The notes beneath the pieces are model-generated. The model had not been told where the DNA came from and did no database searches. It was given only the letters and a program-made list of their open reading frames with translations. This document shows positions 18,291 to 28,336 of a DNA stretch of 64,000 nt, one piece after another; position 1 is the stretch's first letter; each line of letters starts with the position of its first letter. The DNA is taken from contig QGUS02000001.1 in NCBI GenBank assembly GCA_003242515.2, positions 12,853-76,852 of the forward strand, written 5' to 3'. The position numbers and the translations under genes were made by a program. The DNA is from Actinomycetes bacterium. Lineage in GTDB: Bacteria; Actinomycetota; Acidimicrobiia; Spongiisociales; ZC4RG35.

Positions 18291-18823
18291 AGCTCCACCT
18301 CCGCCTCGGCCAGCTCCGCCTCCGACGCGATCGCACGCATGATCCGGGCCTCGGTCTCGAGGATGCCCTGGCGCATCCCCTCGACGCCACCCTGGAAGCT
18401 CACGTCGATGAAGTGGACGTAGAGCATCCCGTTGGAGCGGATCGCCTCCACCACCACCGATCCGGGGACGAGCGTGGTGATCTGCGCCGTCAGTGTCAGG
18501 TAGAGGTCGGAGGCGCTGCGGGTCTGGACACCGATCACCGCCCCCTTCGGCTGCTTCCGGAAGTCGAGGGCGACCGCCGCCACGTGGAAGCTGGCCACGA
18601 TCAGGTCGACGAAGAAGCGGCCCACCAGCCCGAGCAGCCGCAGCGGCCGGATCTTCCCGGAGTACGGGATCCGGGGAAGCGGGAGCAGCTCCTGGACGGC
18701 GACGCCGATGACGGCGCCGGCGAGGATGTTCCCCGGGTGGAGGTCGCCCCAGAGGAGAACCCAGACGAGGGCGATCCAGAAGACGGTCCCCCAGGAGATC
18801 TTCCGGAACCGGCGTCGCTTCAT
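18287..18823 (-). CDS. mrpE: Na+/H+ antiporter subunit E
   Basis: WVLLWG, ITTLVPGS, LYVH. Confidence 0.92.
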   Translation of the reverse strand: MKRRRFRKISWGTVFWIALVWVLLWGDLHPGNILAGAVIGVAVQELLPLPRIPYSGKIRPLRLLGLVGRFFVDLIVASFHVAAVALDFRKQPKGAVIGVQTRSASDLYLTLTAQITTLVPGSVVVEAIRSNGMLYVHFIDVSFQGGVEGMRQGILETEARIMRAIASEAELAEAEVEL

Positions 18824-20313
18824 GGCTCCACCCCCAGGATGGCCTCGATGTACGGCGTGCGCGCCTGAAGTTCGCGGGCGGCCGCGTCCGCGTAGTCGTA
18901 CAGCGGGCCGGCCAGGAAGGTGAGGGCCACGCCGAGGAGCACCAGCGCGGAGGCGGTCCCCAGCATGCCCGCGGGCAGGCGGGTGGCGGGGGTGGGCTCC
19001 ACCGGTGGCTGCCAGAACGCCTTGTTCCACGCCTTCACGAAGACATAGAGGGTGAGCAGCGAGGTGACGATGCTTCCCGCCACGAGGACGTAGGACAGCG
19101 GGGTCGCCGCCTCGACCCCGGCCTGGAGCAGACCCAGCTTCCCGAGGAAGCCGGAGAGCGGCGGGATCCCCGACAGGTTGAAGGCCGGCACGAGGAAGAG
19201 GACGGCGAGCAGCGGCGCCGACCGCGCCAGGCCGCCGAGGCGGTTGAGCGAGGTCGTCCCCTCCCGGCGTTCGATCAGCCCCGCCACCAGGAACAGCGAG
19301 GTCTGGACGGTGATGTGGTGGACCACGTAGAAGATCGCCCCGGCGAGCCCGGTCTCGGAAGCGAGGGCGATGCCGAACACCATCAGGCCGATGTGGCTGA
19401 CCAGGGTGAACGAGAGGAGACGCTTGAGGTCCGACTGGGCGACCGCGCCGAGGATCCCGACCAGCATCGTCGCCAGGGCCGCCCACATCAGCACGGTGTC
19501 GGCCGGGCCCTCGCCGAACAGCAGCGACTGGGTCCGCAGCATGCCATAGATGCCGACCTTGGTGAGCAGGCCGGCGAAGACCGCCGTGACCGGGGCGGGT
19601 GCCGTCGGATACGAGTCGGGCAGCCAGGCGGACAGCGGGAAGATGGCCGCCTTCACCGCGAAGGCCACCAGCAGCAGCATCTCCAGGGTCATCTTGATCC
19701 CCGGATCGATCCCGTCGATCCGGGAGGCGAGCTGCGCCATGTTCACGGTCCCGGTCGCCGAGTAGGTGAGGGCCACCGCGATCAGGAAGACGATCGACGA
19801 GGCGATGGCCATCACCACGTAGATCGTCCCGGCCCGGATACGCGCCCGGGTGCCACCCAGGGTGATGAGCACGTAGCTCGCGGCCAGCAGTACCTCGAAC
19901 CCGACATAGAGGTTGAAGAGGTCGCCGGCGAGGAACGAGATCGCCACCCCCGCGGTCAGCACCAGGTAGGTGGGGTGGAAGATGGCGACCGGCGAGTCGG
20001 GGTCCCCCAGCGCCAGGGCCTGCGACAGGGCGAAGAGGAGCACGCAGAGGGTTACCGCCGACGAGATGACGAGCATCAGCGCCGACAGCCGGTCGGCCAC
20101 TAGGGAGATCCCGATGGGCGCCGGCCAGTCGCCGACCTGCACCACGAGCGGCTGCTCCGACACGTTGACGAGCATCGCCAGCGACGCGGCCAGGATGCCG
20201 AACAGGGCGGTGACGGTGATGTAGCGCTGGGCCCGGGACCGCTGGTTAACGGCCACGGCCAGCCCGGCCGCAGCCAGAGGGATTACGACGGGCAGGGGGA
20301 CGAGCCAGTTCAC
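18820..20313 (-). CDS. mrpD: Na+/H+ antiporter subunit D
   Basis: GDLFNLYVGFEVLL, KAAIFPLSAWLPDSY, LLTKVG. Confidence 0.95.
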   Translation of the reverse strand: MNWLVPLPVVIPLAAAGLAVAVNQRSRAQRYITVTALFGILAASLAMLVNVSEQPLVVQVGDWPAPIGISLVADRLSALMLVISSAVTLCVLLFALSQALALGDPDSPVAIFHPTYLVLTAGVAISFLAGDLFNLYVGFEVLLAASYVLITLGGTRARIRAGTIYVVMAIASSIVFLIAVALTYSATGTVNMAQLASRIDGIDPGIKMTLEMLLLVAFAVKAAIFPLSAWLPDSYPTAPAPVTAVFAGLLTKVGIYGMLRTQSLLFGEGPADTVLMWAALATMLVGILGAVAQSDLKRLLSFTLVSHIGLMVFGIALASETGLAGAIFYVVHHITVQTSLFLVAGLIERREGTTSLNRLGGLARSAPLLAVLFLVPAFNLSGIPPLSGFLGKLGLLQAGVEAATPLSYVLVAGSIVTSLLTLYVFVKAWNKAFWQPPVEPTPATRLPAGMLGTASALVLLGVALTFLAGPLYDYADAAARELQARTPYIEAILGVEP

Positions 20314-20804
20314 CGCACGTCCTCCTCGGCCAGCCAGTGCTCCTCGGTGATGTCGGCGGTCTCGTCCCTCACGGCCGCCGCCTCCTCGTCCAGGGTGATC
20401 CAGGTGGCCTCGCTCCGGCCGCTGGCCGTCTCGATCGCGGCCAGGCGGGCGATGCGACGGTCCTCGAGGTCGTCCTGGACCTCGTCGTGTCGGTAGAGCT
20501 GCCACGAGCGGTGGGCCATCGCCACCAGGAAGGCGGTGAGGGCCATGGTGATGACGATTGCGGTGAGGACCATGGCCTGGGGGAGCGGGTCGGCCATGTC
20601 GGCCTCGTCGGTGAGGCCGACGATGGGCGTCCCGCCCCGGGGCCCGCCGGTGATGAGGAAGAGGATGTTCACGCCGTTGCCGATCAGGATCAGGCCCACG
20701 GCGACACGGGTCAGTGACCGCTCCAGCACCAGGTAGGCGCCGCCGGTCACCAGGACCGCCGCGGCGATCACCAGGAAGAGGTCCGGTCCGGGCACGCCGC
20801 TCAT
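20310..20804 (-). CDS. mrpC: Na+/H+ antiporter subunit C
   Basis: GNGVNIL, DPLPQAMVLTAIVI. Confidence 0.95.
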   Translation of the reverse strand: MSGVPGPDLFLVIAAAVLVTGGAYLVLERSLTRVAVGLILIGNGVNILFLITGGPRGGTPIVGLTDEADMADPLPQAMVLTAIVITMALTAFLVAMAHRSWQLYRHDEVQDDLEDRRIARLAAIETASGRSEATWITLDEEAAAVRDETADITEEHWLAEEDVR

Positions 20805-23740
20805 CGGTCCCTCCGCACCAGTGTGGCCGCGGGCTCCAGCGCCTGCCGCACGGGCTCGCCGTCCTCGTCGAGCCTGTCGCCCTGATGGTCGAGCTCGGCG
20901 CCGAGGCTGCGCAGGATGTCGAGCATCAGGCCGACCACCACCAGGAAGACGCCGATGTCGAAGAACAGCGACGTCACCAGCTTGATGTCCCCGAACACCG
21001 GGACCTCGAACTTCAGGATGGCCGTCTCCAGGACCTCGCCGCCGAAGAACATGGCGGCGACCCCGGTTCCGGCGGCCAGGAAGAGGCCGAGGCCGAGCAG
21101 GAGCGCCGGCTGCAGGGGAGCCGCGGCGCTCAACTCGTACCGGCCGCCTGCGAGGTAGCGGGCGGTGATGGCGATCCCCACCACCAGGCCCGCCACGAAC
21201 CCGCCGCCCGGCGCGTTGTGCCCGGAGACCAGCAGGAACACGGCGAAGACGATCATCGTGTGATAGAGGAACCGCACCGCGACCTCGAGGATCACCGAGC
21301 GCCGTTGTGGCGCCAGGGTCGACCCGGCGACCAGCCAGGCGGCCCTCCTGGTCGGTGCCTCGGCATGCCGGGGGGTGCGCAGGTTGGCGACCGGGTCGGG
21401 CTCGGCCGCACCCAGGGCCCCCTTGACCTCCTCGAGCGCACGCGGCGGCCGCTCGGTGCTCCGGTGCCTGAGGAAGATCAGGGACGCCACGCCGGTGGCC
21501 GCGGCGAGCAACACCGAGATCTCGCCCATGGTGTCCCATGCCCGTGTGTCGACCAGGACCACGTTGACGACGTTGTGGCCGCCGCCCAGCTCGACCGCGG
21601 CCCGGGGGAGTTCCGCGGAGACCGGCTCGTGGACCCGGGCCTGTGGTACCACCAGCATCAGGCCCATCATCAGGACCCCGAACATTGCTGCCAGGACGAG
21701 CCGGGCCCACCGGGTCGCCGCCAGCGGCCGGTCGGAGAAGTAGATGGGCAGGCGGCGCAGCACCAACACGAACACGACGAGCGTCACGGTCTCCACGAGC
21801 ACCTGAGTCAGGGCCAGGTCCGGCGCCCCGTACATGAGGAAGATCAGGGCCGTGGAGTAGCCGGTGATCCCGGCGAGGATCACCGCCTTGACCCGGCGGC
21901 GGGCCCGCACCGCCATCACCGTGGCCGCCGTGATGGCGACGCTGGCGGCGATGACGATCACGTCGGTCCCGAACCAGAGATTGGGCGTCACCCCGGCCTG
22001 GAGCAGGGAGGGAGCCACCGATGCGATGGTGACCAGGAAGAGGATGCCCAGGTAGAAGGGCAGGGAACCTCGCTGTACCAGACCGGTGATGGTTCCGGCG
22101 GTCTGGTCGATCAGGCGCAGCGACCCCCGGTAGAAGCGGTCGGAGTCGAGACGCTCGAGGAAGCGTGCCCGGATCCGGGTGACGATGTCACGGCCGACGA
22201 AGAGGACGCCGCCGAACGCGAACGCTCCCAACGTCAGCAGCAGCGATGGCGTCACCCCGGCCCACATGGTCAGGTGGCCGGTGGCGCCGAGCGGGTAGGC
22301 GAACGCGTGCGGTGCGAGCAGCCTCTCGCCGAGGCCGGGAAGAAGGGCCGTCGCCAGGCCCGCGAGCGCCATGAGGCCGGGAGGGCCGAGCAGGAGCAGC
22401 GGAGGCCGGACCACCTCGGGCGAGGCCGAGACGGTCGGCTTGGTGGCGAAGGCGCCCCACCAGAAACGGAGCCCGTAGGCGAAGGTGAGGGCCGCGCCGA
22501 GGGTGAAGAAGACGACCATCCAGGGTCCGGCCGCGCCCATCGCCCCCTGCTCGTGGTACAGGGCCTCGAGGGCTGCCTCCTTGGCCACGTACCCGGCGAA
22601 CGGCGGGATGCCGATCATGGAGGCGATGCCGAGGGCGCCGATGGTGGCGGTGATCGGCATGCGGCGGCCGATGCCGGAGAGGAGGTTGAGGTCGCGGGTC
22701 CCCGTGGCGGCGTCGACGATGCCCACCACCAGGAAGAGGCAGGCTTTGAAGAGGGCGTGGGCCCCGAGGAGGGCCAGACCGGCCAGGGCCGCCGACCGGA
22801 ACGGGGAGCCGACGAGCAGGATCAGCATGCCCAGCTGGCTCACCGTGCTGAACGCCAGGATCAGCTTGAGGTCGCTCTGGCGCAGGGCGCGCACCCCGCC
22901 ATGGACCATCGTGACCACGGCGAGCGTCCAGACGATGCCCTTCCAGACCGGCAGCGTGGCGAAGCCGGGGGCGAGGCGGGCCACCAGGTAGACGCCGGCC
23001 TTGACCATCGCGGCGGCGTGGAGGTAGGCGCTGACCGGTGTGGGCGCAGCCATGGCCGCCGGGAGCCAGAAGTGGAACGGCACCAGCGCCGACTTGGAGA
23101 GCGCCCCGGCCAGGATCAAAGCGATCGCCACGGTCACCACGGTCCCCGACGGCGGGGCTGCCAGGACCTCCGACACCCGATAGGAGCCGGCCGCCTCTCC
23201 CAGCAGGACGATGCCGGCGAGCATGGCCAGGCCGCCGAATGTGGTCACCAGGATCGCCTTCATGGCGGCGCGGCGGGAGGTGACCCGGTCGGAGTAGTGG
23301 CCGATCAGCTGGTAGGAGAAGACCGTGGTCAGCTCCCAGAACACGTAGAGCTGGACCAGGTTCTCGCTGGTGACCAGGCCGAGCATCGCGCCCGCGAACC
23401 CGACGAAGACCGCGGCGAAGCGGCCGAGGCCGCCGGAGCGGGCCGAGAAGTAGCGGGAGCTGTAGACGAGGACCGCGCGGCCGACGCCGCCGACCATGAG
23501 CACTAGCAGCCAGGAGAGCGTGTCGACCCTGAAGATGAGGTCGAGTCCCAGGACGGGCACCCAGGAGACGGTGAGGGTCGGCCAGTCACCCCGGAGTACG
23601 GCGTTGGTGACCGAGAGAGCCCATGCGGCCGCGGCGGCGGGGACCGTGGCGAGGAGCAGGAACGCACGCCTGCCCAGCCAACGGACCAGAACAGGTGCGG
23701 CCAGAGCCGCCGCCAGGTGGGCTATCAACAGCTGAAGCAC
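20801..23740 (-). CDS. mrpA: Na+/H+ antiporter subunit A (fused MrpA-MrpB)
   Basis: FWELTT, KSALVPFHFWLPAAMAAPTPVSAYLHAAAMVKAG, C-terminal MrpB GHNAPGGGFVAGL; GTG start at 23740. Confidence 0.95.
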   Translation of the reverse strand: MLQLLIAHLAAALAAPVLVRWLGRRAFLLLATVPAAAAAWALSVTNAVLRGDWPTLTVSWVPVLGLDLIFRVDTLSWLLVLMVGGVGRAVLVYSSRYFSARSGGLGRFAAVFVGFAGAMLGLVTSENLVQLYVFWELTTVFSYQLIGHYSDRVTSRRAAMKAILVTTFGGLAMLAGIVLLGEAAGSYRVSEVLAAPPSGTVVTVAIALILAGALSKSALVPFHFWLPAAMAAPTPVSAYLHAAAMVKAGVYLVARLAPGFATLPVWKGIVWTLAVVTMVHGGVRALRQSDLKLILAFSTVSQLGMLILLVGSPFRSAALAGLALLGAHALFKACLFLVVGIVDAATGTRDLNLLSGIGRRMPITATIGALGIASMIGIPPFAGYVAKEAALEALYHEQGAMGAAGPWMVVFFTLGAALTFAYGLRFWWGAFATKPTVSASPEVVRPPLLLLGPPGLMALAGLATALLPGLGERLLAPHAFAYPLGATGHLTMWAGVTPSLLLTLGAFAFGGVLFVGRDIVTRIRARFLERLDSDRFYRGSLRLIDQTAGTITGLVQRGSLPFYLGILFLVTIASVAPSLLQAGVTPNLWFGTDVIVIAASVAITAATVMAVRARRRVKAVILAGITGYSTALIFLMYGAPDLALTQVLVETVTLVVFVLVLRRLPIYFSDRPLAATRWARLVLAAMFGVLMMGLMLVVPQARVHEPVSAELPRAAVELGGGHNVVNVVLVDTRAWDTMGEISVLLAAATGVASLIFLRHRSTERPPRALEEVKGALGAAEPDPVANLRTPRHAEAPTRRAAWLVAGSTLAPQRRSVILEVAVRFLYHTMIVFAVFLLVSGHNAPGGGFVAGLVVGIAITARYLAGGRYELSAAAPLQPALLLGLGLFLAAGTGVAAMFFGGEVLETAILKFEVPVFGDIKLVTSLFFDIGVFLVVVGLMLDILRSLGAELDHQGDRLDEDGEPVRQALEPAATLVRRDR

Positions 23741-23818
23741 TTCTCCGGGTGACGGGGGTGGGGAGTGCCGTCGCCGGAGGTTACCAGCGAGGGTCCTCGG
23801 TCTTACAGTGCCGCGGAC

Positions 23819-25183
23819 ATGGTACGCAGGGCGAGTTGGACGATGGCCGTCATCTGCGCCGTCTGGTTCGGATGGCTTACCTACCTGACCCTGCACCGTT
23901 TCCACGGCCTCCACTTCGGCGCCTTCGACCTCGGCATCTTCGACCAGGGGATGTGGCTGATCGCCAACGGCCACGAGCCGTTCGTGACTCTGCGGGGCCT
24001 CCATCTGCTCGGTGACCACGCCTCCTACCTGCTCTACCTGCTGGCCCCGCTCTACTGGCTGTGGGAGGAAGTCCGCCTGCTGCTCTTGCTCACCGTCCTC
24101 ATCCCGGTCGTCGCCGGCTGGCTCTCGTACCGGATCGCCCGTGTCGAGGGGTTGCGGCCATGGCACTCCGTGATCGTGGGGACGACGGTGCTGCTGATGC
24201 CGGCGATGCTGTGGACGCCGTGGGACGCCTTCCACCCGGAGACCTTCGCCATCGCCCTCATCCCGGCGAGCTATCTGGCGGCACGCAAGGGCAAGCACAC
24301 CCTGGCGCTGATCCTCGCCGCCCTCGTCCTGCTGGCCAAGGAGGACGCCGGGCTGACCATCGCCCCGTACGCCCTCTACTGGTGGTGGCGCTGGCGGGAC
24401 GCCAGGAAGCACGCATACGTGCTCGCAGCGCTGGCCGTGGGGGTCACCGCCCTGTCACTGTTCGTCGTTCTGCCCGGGCACTCGCCCACCGGTGAGCTCA
24501 TCTACACCGGCCGGTACTCCGACCTCGCCGCCACCCTCACCTGGTCGAGGCTCTACTACCTGGTCGGGATGATCGTCCCGGGCCTCGCCGCCCTGCGGGC
24601 GCCGGCGTTCCTGCTCCTCGGGCTGCCGGTGACGCTGGCCAACCTGCTCAGCACCCACACCTACCAGAGCGAGCTCCGCTGGCACTACACGGCCTACCTG
24701 CTCGGCGTGCTGGCGGTGGCCGTGCCTCTGGGGTCGGCCCGCTGGACGGAGGGGTCACCGGATCGCCTGGCGTCGCGAAGGCTGGCGTTGGCCGGCTTGG
24801 TGGCGCTCGTGGCGATGCTGGTGATCGGGCCGGACCTGCACACCCGGTCCGGGCTCTGGGGTGGGCTCGATGCCCGGGAGCGCGCCGAGGTGGCTGCGAT
24901 CCTCGATGCGATCCCGCCCGATGCCAGCGTCACCGCCACCTGGTCGCTGACGCCCCACCTGTCCCATCGCAGGGAGATCTACACCTCGCCCAACCCGTTC
25001 CGGGAGAGCTACTGGGGGGCCGAGCACCTGCCGCCGTTGCCCGATCCCTCGACGGTGGAGTACCTGGCGATCGACACCAGGAACTTCTCCGGACCCGAGG
25101 ACCCGATGCCCGATGTGATGCTGCGCCCCGAGTACGAGACCGTCGTCGACGGCGAGACCTTCAAGCTGCTGCGGAGGCGTTAG
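23819..25183 (+). CDS. DUF2079-family membrane protein (GT-C-like)
   Basis: FDLGIFDQGMW, LGDH, FHPE, KED, HY, PHLSHR motifs. Confidence 0.75.
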   Translation: MVRRASWTMAVICAVWFGWLTYLTLHRFHGLHFGAFDLGIFDQGMWLIANGHEPFVTLRGLHLLGDHASYLLYLLAPLYWLWEEVRLLLLLTVLIPVVAGWLSYRIARVEGLRPWHSVIVGTTVLLMPAMLWTPWDAFHPETFAIALIPASYLAARKGKHTLALILAALVLLAKEDAGLTIAPYALYWWWRWRDARKHAYVLAALAVGVTALSLFVVLPGHSPTGELIYTGRYSDLAATLTWSRLYYLVGMIVPGLAALRAPAFLLLGLPVTLANLLSTHTYQSELRWHYTAYLLGVLAVAVPLGSARWTEGSPDRLASRRLALAGLVALVAMLVIGPDLHTRSGLWGGLDARERAEVAAILDAIPPDASVTATWSLTPHLSHRREIYTSPNPFRESYWGAEHLPPLPDPSTVEYLAIDTRNFSGPEDPMPDVMLRPEYETVVDGETFKLLRRR

Positions 25184-25221
25184 GGCCTCACCGGGCCGTC
25201 GCGAGGCTCTAACGTCGTGTC

Positions 25222-26199
25222 ATGGCAGCCATCCTCGGCTTCGGGGGCTACGTGCCCGAGCGCATCGTCACCAACGACGACTGGGCCACCCGTCTCGACA
25301 CCAGCGACGAGTGGATCACCCAGCGCACCGGGATCAAACGCCGCCGGTTCGCCGCCGAGGACCAGGCAACCCTCGACCTCGCCCTGGAGGCGTCCCGCAA
25401 GGCCCTGGCCGACGCCGGGCTGGAGCCGGCCGACCTCGACGAGATCGTCCTCGCCACCGACACGCCGGAGTACCTCACGCCCGACACCGCCGCCCTGGTG
25501 CAGCACAGCCTCGGCTGCCGGAACATCCCGACCTACGACCTCGGCGGCAGCGGATGTGCCGGGTTCATCCAGGCGTTGGACGTGGCCGCCAGCCGGGTGG
25601 CCACGGGCGTCCGGCACATCCTGGTCATCGGGGTGGAGGTCATCACCAGGCTGATCTCGCTGGAGGACCGGACCACCGCCGTGCTGTTCGGAGACGGCGC
25701 CGGCGCGGTGGTGCTGGGCCATGGCCCCGGCCGGGCCGAGGTCCTGGGTGCCGTCAGCGGCACCGACGGCAGCGCCGCCGGGATCCTCACCCTCGCCGCC
25801 GGCGGCACCCGCAACCCGTTCAACGAGAGGACGCTGGCCAACGGCGACTTCAACCGCCTCGTCATGGACGGCAAGAAGGTGTTCACCGAGGCCGTGAAGC
25901 GTATGAGCGAGGCCTCCATGCAGGTGCTGGAGAAGGTGGGTCGCAGCCTCTCCGAGGTGAAGCTCGTCATCCCGCACCAGGCCAACCGCCGCATCATCGA
26001 CGCCGTCGCCCACCGGCTCGGGATCGCCGAGGACCGGGTCTACGTGAACGTCCACGAGTACGGGAACATCGGCTCGGCGACCGTCCCCTTCGCCCTCTGG
26101 GAGGCGGTCGGCGCCGGCCGGGTCGGCGCAGGGGACCTCGTCGTCCTCACCGCATTCGGCGCCGGCTTCCACTGGGGAGCGGCAGCCCTGCAGTTCTAG
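25222..26199 (+). CDS. fabH: 3-oxoacyl-ACP synthase III
   Basis: DTSDEWITQRTGI, GCAGF (Cys), LFGDGAGA, PHQANRRI, YGNIGSA. Confidence 0.93.
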   Translation: MAAILGFGGYVPERIVTNDDWATRLDTSDEWITQRTGIKRRRFAAEDQATLDLALEASRKALADAGLEPADLDEIVLATDTPEYLTPDTAALVQHSLGCRNIPTYDLGGSGCAGFIQALDVAASRVATGVRHILVIGVEVITRLISLEDRTTAVLFGDGAGAVVLGHGPGRAEVLGAVSGTDGSAAGILTLAAGGTRNPFNERTLANGDFNRLVMDGKKVFTEAVKRMSEASMQVLEKVGRSLSEVKLVIPHQANRRIIDAVAHRLGIAEDRVYVNVHEYGNIGSATVPFALWEAVGAGRVGAGDLVVLTAFGAGFHWGAAALQF

Positions 26200-27590
26200 G
26201 CGAGGGCCGCCCTCGCCGCCGCGTACCCGCACATCCCGTGCACACCCGCACCAGGCGGAGTGGCGGACGAGCACAGGTATACGCCCCCGCCCAGGTCGTA
26301 CGGCCGGCGGATCCCCAGCTGGAGGACCTTGGCCAGGCCGAACCTCCCGCCGCCGATGTCGCCTCCGACGATGTTCGGGTTGTAGGCCTCGTAGGCGACG
26401 GTGTCGCGCACGGTCCGGTGCGCCACGACCTCCCGGAACCCGGGGGCGAAGCGCTCGATCTGGTCCTCGATTGCCTGGGTCATGTCGACGGTCGATCCGT
26501 TGGGCACGTGGCAGTACGCCCAGAGGGTGTGCTGCCCCTCCGGCGCCCGCGACGGGTCGAACAGGGACTGCTGGGCGACGAGCACGAACGGGCGCTCCGG
26601 GTGCTTCCCGGCGATGACCGCCGCTTCGGAGTTGCGGATCTCCTCGTAGGAGCCGCCGACATGGACGGTGCCCGCCTGCCCGCTGATCGGGTCGGCCCAG
26701 GGAACCGGGGCATGGAGGGCGTAGTCGATCTTGAAGACACCGGGCCCGGGCCTCCACGCTCCCAGCCGGCGGGAGGCGGCCCCGGAGATCCGCGTCACCG
26801 CCATGGACCGGGCGGCCGGGGGCATGACGTCGAGGAGGAAGACCTCCCCGGGGAGCTCTTCGATCCGGGTCACCTTCCTCCCGGTCTCGATGACTCCGCC
26901 CATCGAGGTGATCCGGTCGGCGAGGGCGTCGGCGATGCGCTCCGAGCCGCCGGCGACGAGCGGCCAGCCGAAGGCATGCCCGATGGCTCCGAGTGCGACG
27001 CCCACCCCTGCCGTGGCGAGGGCGCCGAATGCGGCGACCGAGTGGGCGGCGAGGCCGGCGAGCAGGGCGCGGGTCCCATCGGAGGAGAACCTGGAGACGA
27101 GCATGGCCGCCGAGGGGAGCGCGACGATACCGGCGCGGAGATGGGCACCGGGGTGGCGCGGCAGCACCCGCAGCGGACTGAGAACCACGCCGAGGAAGTC
27201 GTCGATGGCCTCTGCCAGGGGCCCCATGAGACGGCGGTAGTGGCCAGCGTCGTCACCGAACTGGGCAGCCGTCTCGTCGACCGACCGGTAGAGGGCCACA
27301 GCCCTCCCGCCGTCGAGCGGATGGGAGAGGGGGATGGTCGGATGCACCCAGGGGACCTCCAGCCCGATCTCCCGGAAGTAGGGCGAGGCGATGCCGGTCG
27401 GGTGGATGGCGGAGCAGACGTCGTGGAGGAAGCCAGGGAGGGTCAGCTCCTCGGTGCGGGTCCCGCCACCGATGCGGTCGGCCGCCTCGACCACGAGGAC
27501 CTTGCGGCCCTGCCGGGCCAGCTCCACCGCGGCCGCGAGACCGTTCGGCCCGGAGCCGACCACCGTGGCGTCGAAGGAGGCGTCCACCAT
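26196..27590 (-). CDS. Phytoene dehydrogenase-like FAD-dependent oxidoreductase
   Basis: VVGSGPNGLAAA, HDVCSAIHP, WAYCHVPNGS, CSSATPPGAGVHGMCG. Confidence 0.9.
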   Translation of the reverse strand: MVDASFDATVVGSGPNGLAAAVELARQGRKVLVVEAADRIGGGTRTEELTLPGFLHDVCSAIHPTGIASPYFREIGLEVPWVHPTIPLSHPLDGGRAVALYRSVDETAAQFGDDAGHYRRLMGPLAEAIDDFLGVVLSPLRVLPRHPGAHLRAGIVALPSAAMLVSRFSSDGTRALLAGLAAHSVAAFGALATAGVGVALGAIGHAFGWPLVAGGSERIADALADRITSMGGVIETGRKVTRIEELPGEVFLLDVMPPAARSMAVTRISGAASRRLGAWRPGPGVFKIDYALHAPVPWADPISGQAGTVHVGGSYEEIRNSEAAVIAGKHPERPFVLVAQQSLFDPSRAPEGQHTLWAYCHVPNGSTVDMTQAIEDQIERFAPGFREVVAHRTVRDTVAYEAYNPNIVGGDIGGGRFGLAKVLQLGIRRPYDLGGGVYLCSSATPPGAGVHGMCGYAAARAALA

Positions 27591-27682
27591 CCCTGCATTC
27601 TGGTCCTCGCCGCGCCTCCGGACGCGAGAAGCATCGAGGGAGGGGCTTTCGCCCCTCCCTCGATCGGTGGGCCTGCGGACCT

Positions 27683-28222
27683 CTAGAGCAGGACCGCTCT
27701 GCGACGGATCCGGAGGAAGACGTACCCGACCAGGGTCAGCGTGACCCCGACGGCCATCGCGAACGCCGACAGGGCGTAGGAGATGATGCCGAGGTTCAGC
27801 GCCGTGGTGAGTGTCGTTGCGTCCAGCCAGGAGGCCCGGGCCTCGTTCGGAACCATCACCTGCTCGCCGTTCTCGTCGAGGACGGGCTGGCCGTTCTCGT
27901 CGAGCTGCGGGACCAGGCGTGGCATCTCCGAGTAGTACAGGCCGCCGGTCCGATCCAACTGGTGGTGCGTGATGATGTCGGACTGAGCCCACATCGACAG
28001 CGGGCCTCGGACCGGGGTGTTCGGGATAGGGGCGTCCTCAGGGGTGGTGATGTTCTGCCTGGCCGCTTGATCCCAGGTGTACCAGGCGCCGAACACGCCA
28101 CCGATGATGGAGCCGATACCGACGGCGAAGGCGACGATCGCGGCCACGAGCAGGAGGGTGCTCTTCTTGTGGGGTGCCGCTTCTGCAGTGAGTGTGACTT
28201 CTCTCTCGAGGATGGATGACAT
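27683..28222 (-). CDS. Conserved actinobacterial two-TM hypothetical protein
   Basis: GGAGG RBS; two TM helices flanking NITTPEDA...VRGPLSMWAQSDIITHH; resembles a family often auto-labelled 'ring-opening dioxygenase LigA', function unproven. Confidence 0.75.
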   Translation of the reverse strand: MSSILEREVTLTAEAAPHKKSTLLLVAAIVAFAVGIGSIIGGVFGAWYTWDQAARQNITTPEDAPIPNTPVRGPLSMWAQSDIITHHQLDRTGGLYYSEMPRLVPQLDENGQPVLDENGEQVMVPNEARASWLDATTLTTALNLGIISYALSAFAMAVGVTLTLVGYVFLRIRRRAVLL

Positions 28223-28295
28223 CTCGAAGACCTCCCGTCTTCTTGCTGGCTCCCTGCCAACACCCGCATCATCGATCGAGGGAGGTCTGCGACGT

Positions 28296-28336
28296 GAGGG
28301 GACAAGGGTCCCTCCCGGTGGGACGAAAGTCCCTAA
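28296..28336 (-). promoter_or_regulatory. Tandem DosR/DevR-type boxes
   Basis: Minus strand TTAGGGACTTTCGTCCCACC (28317-28336) and GGAGGGACCCTTGTCCCCTC (28296-28315), 21 bp apart. Confidence 0.7.
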
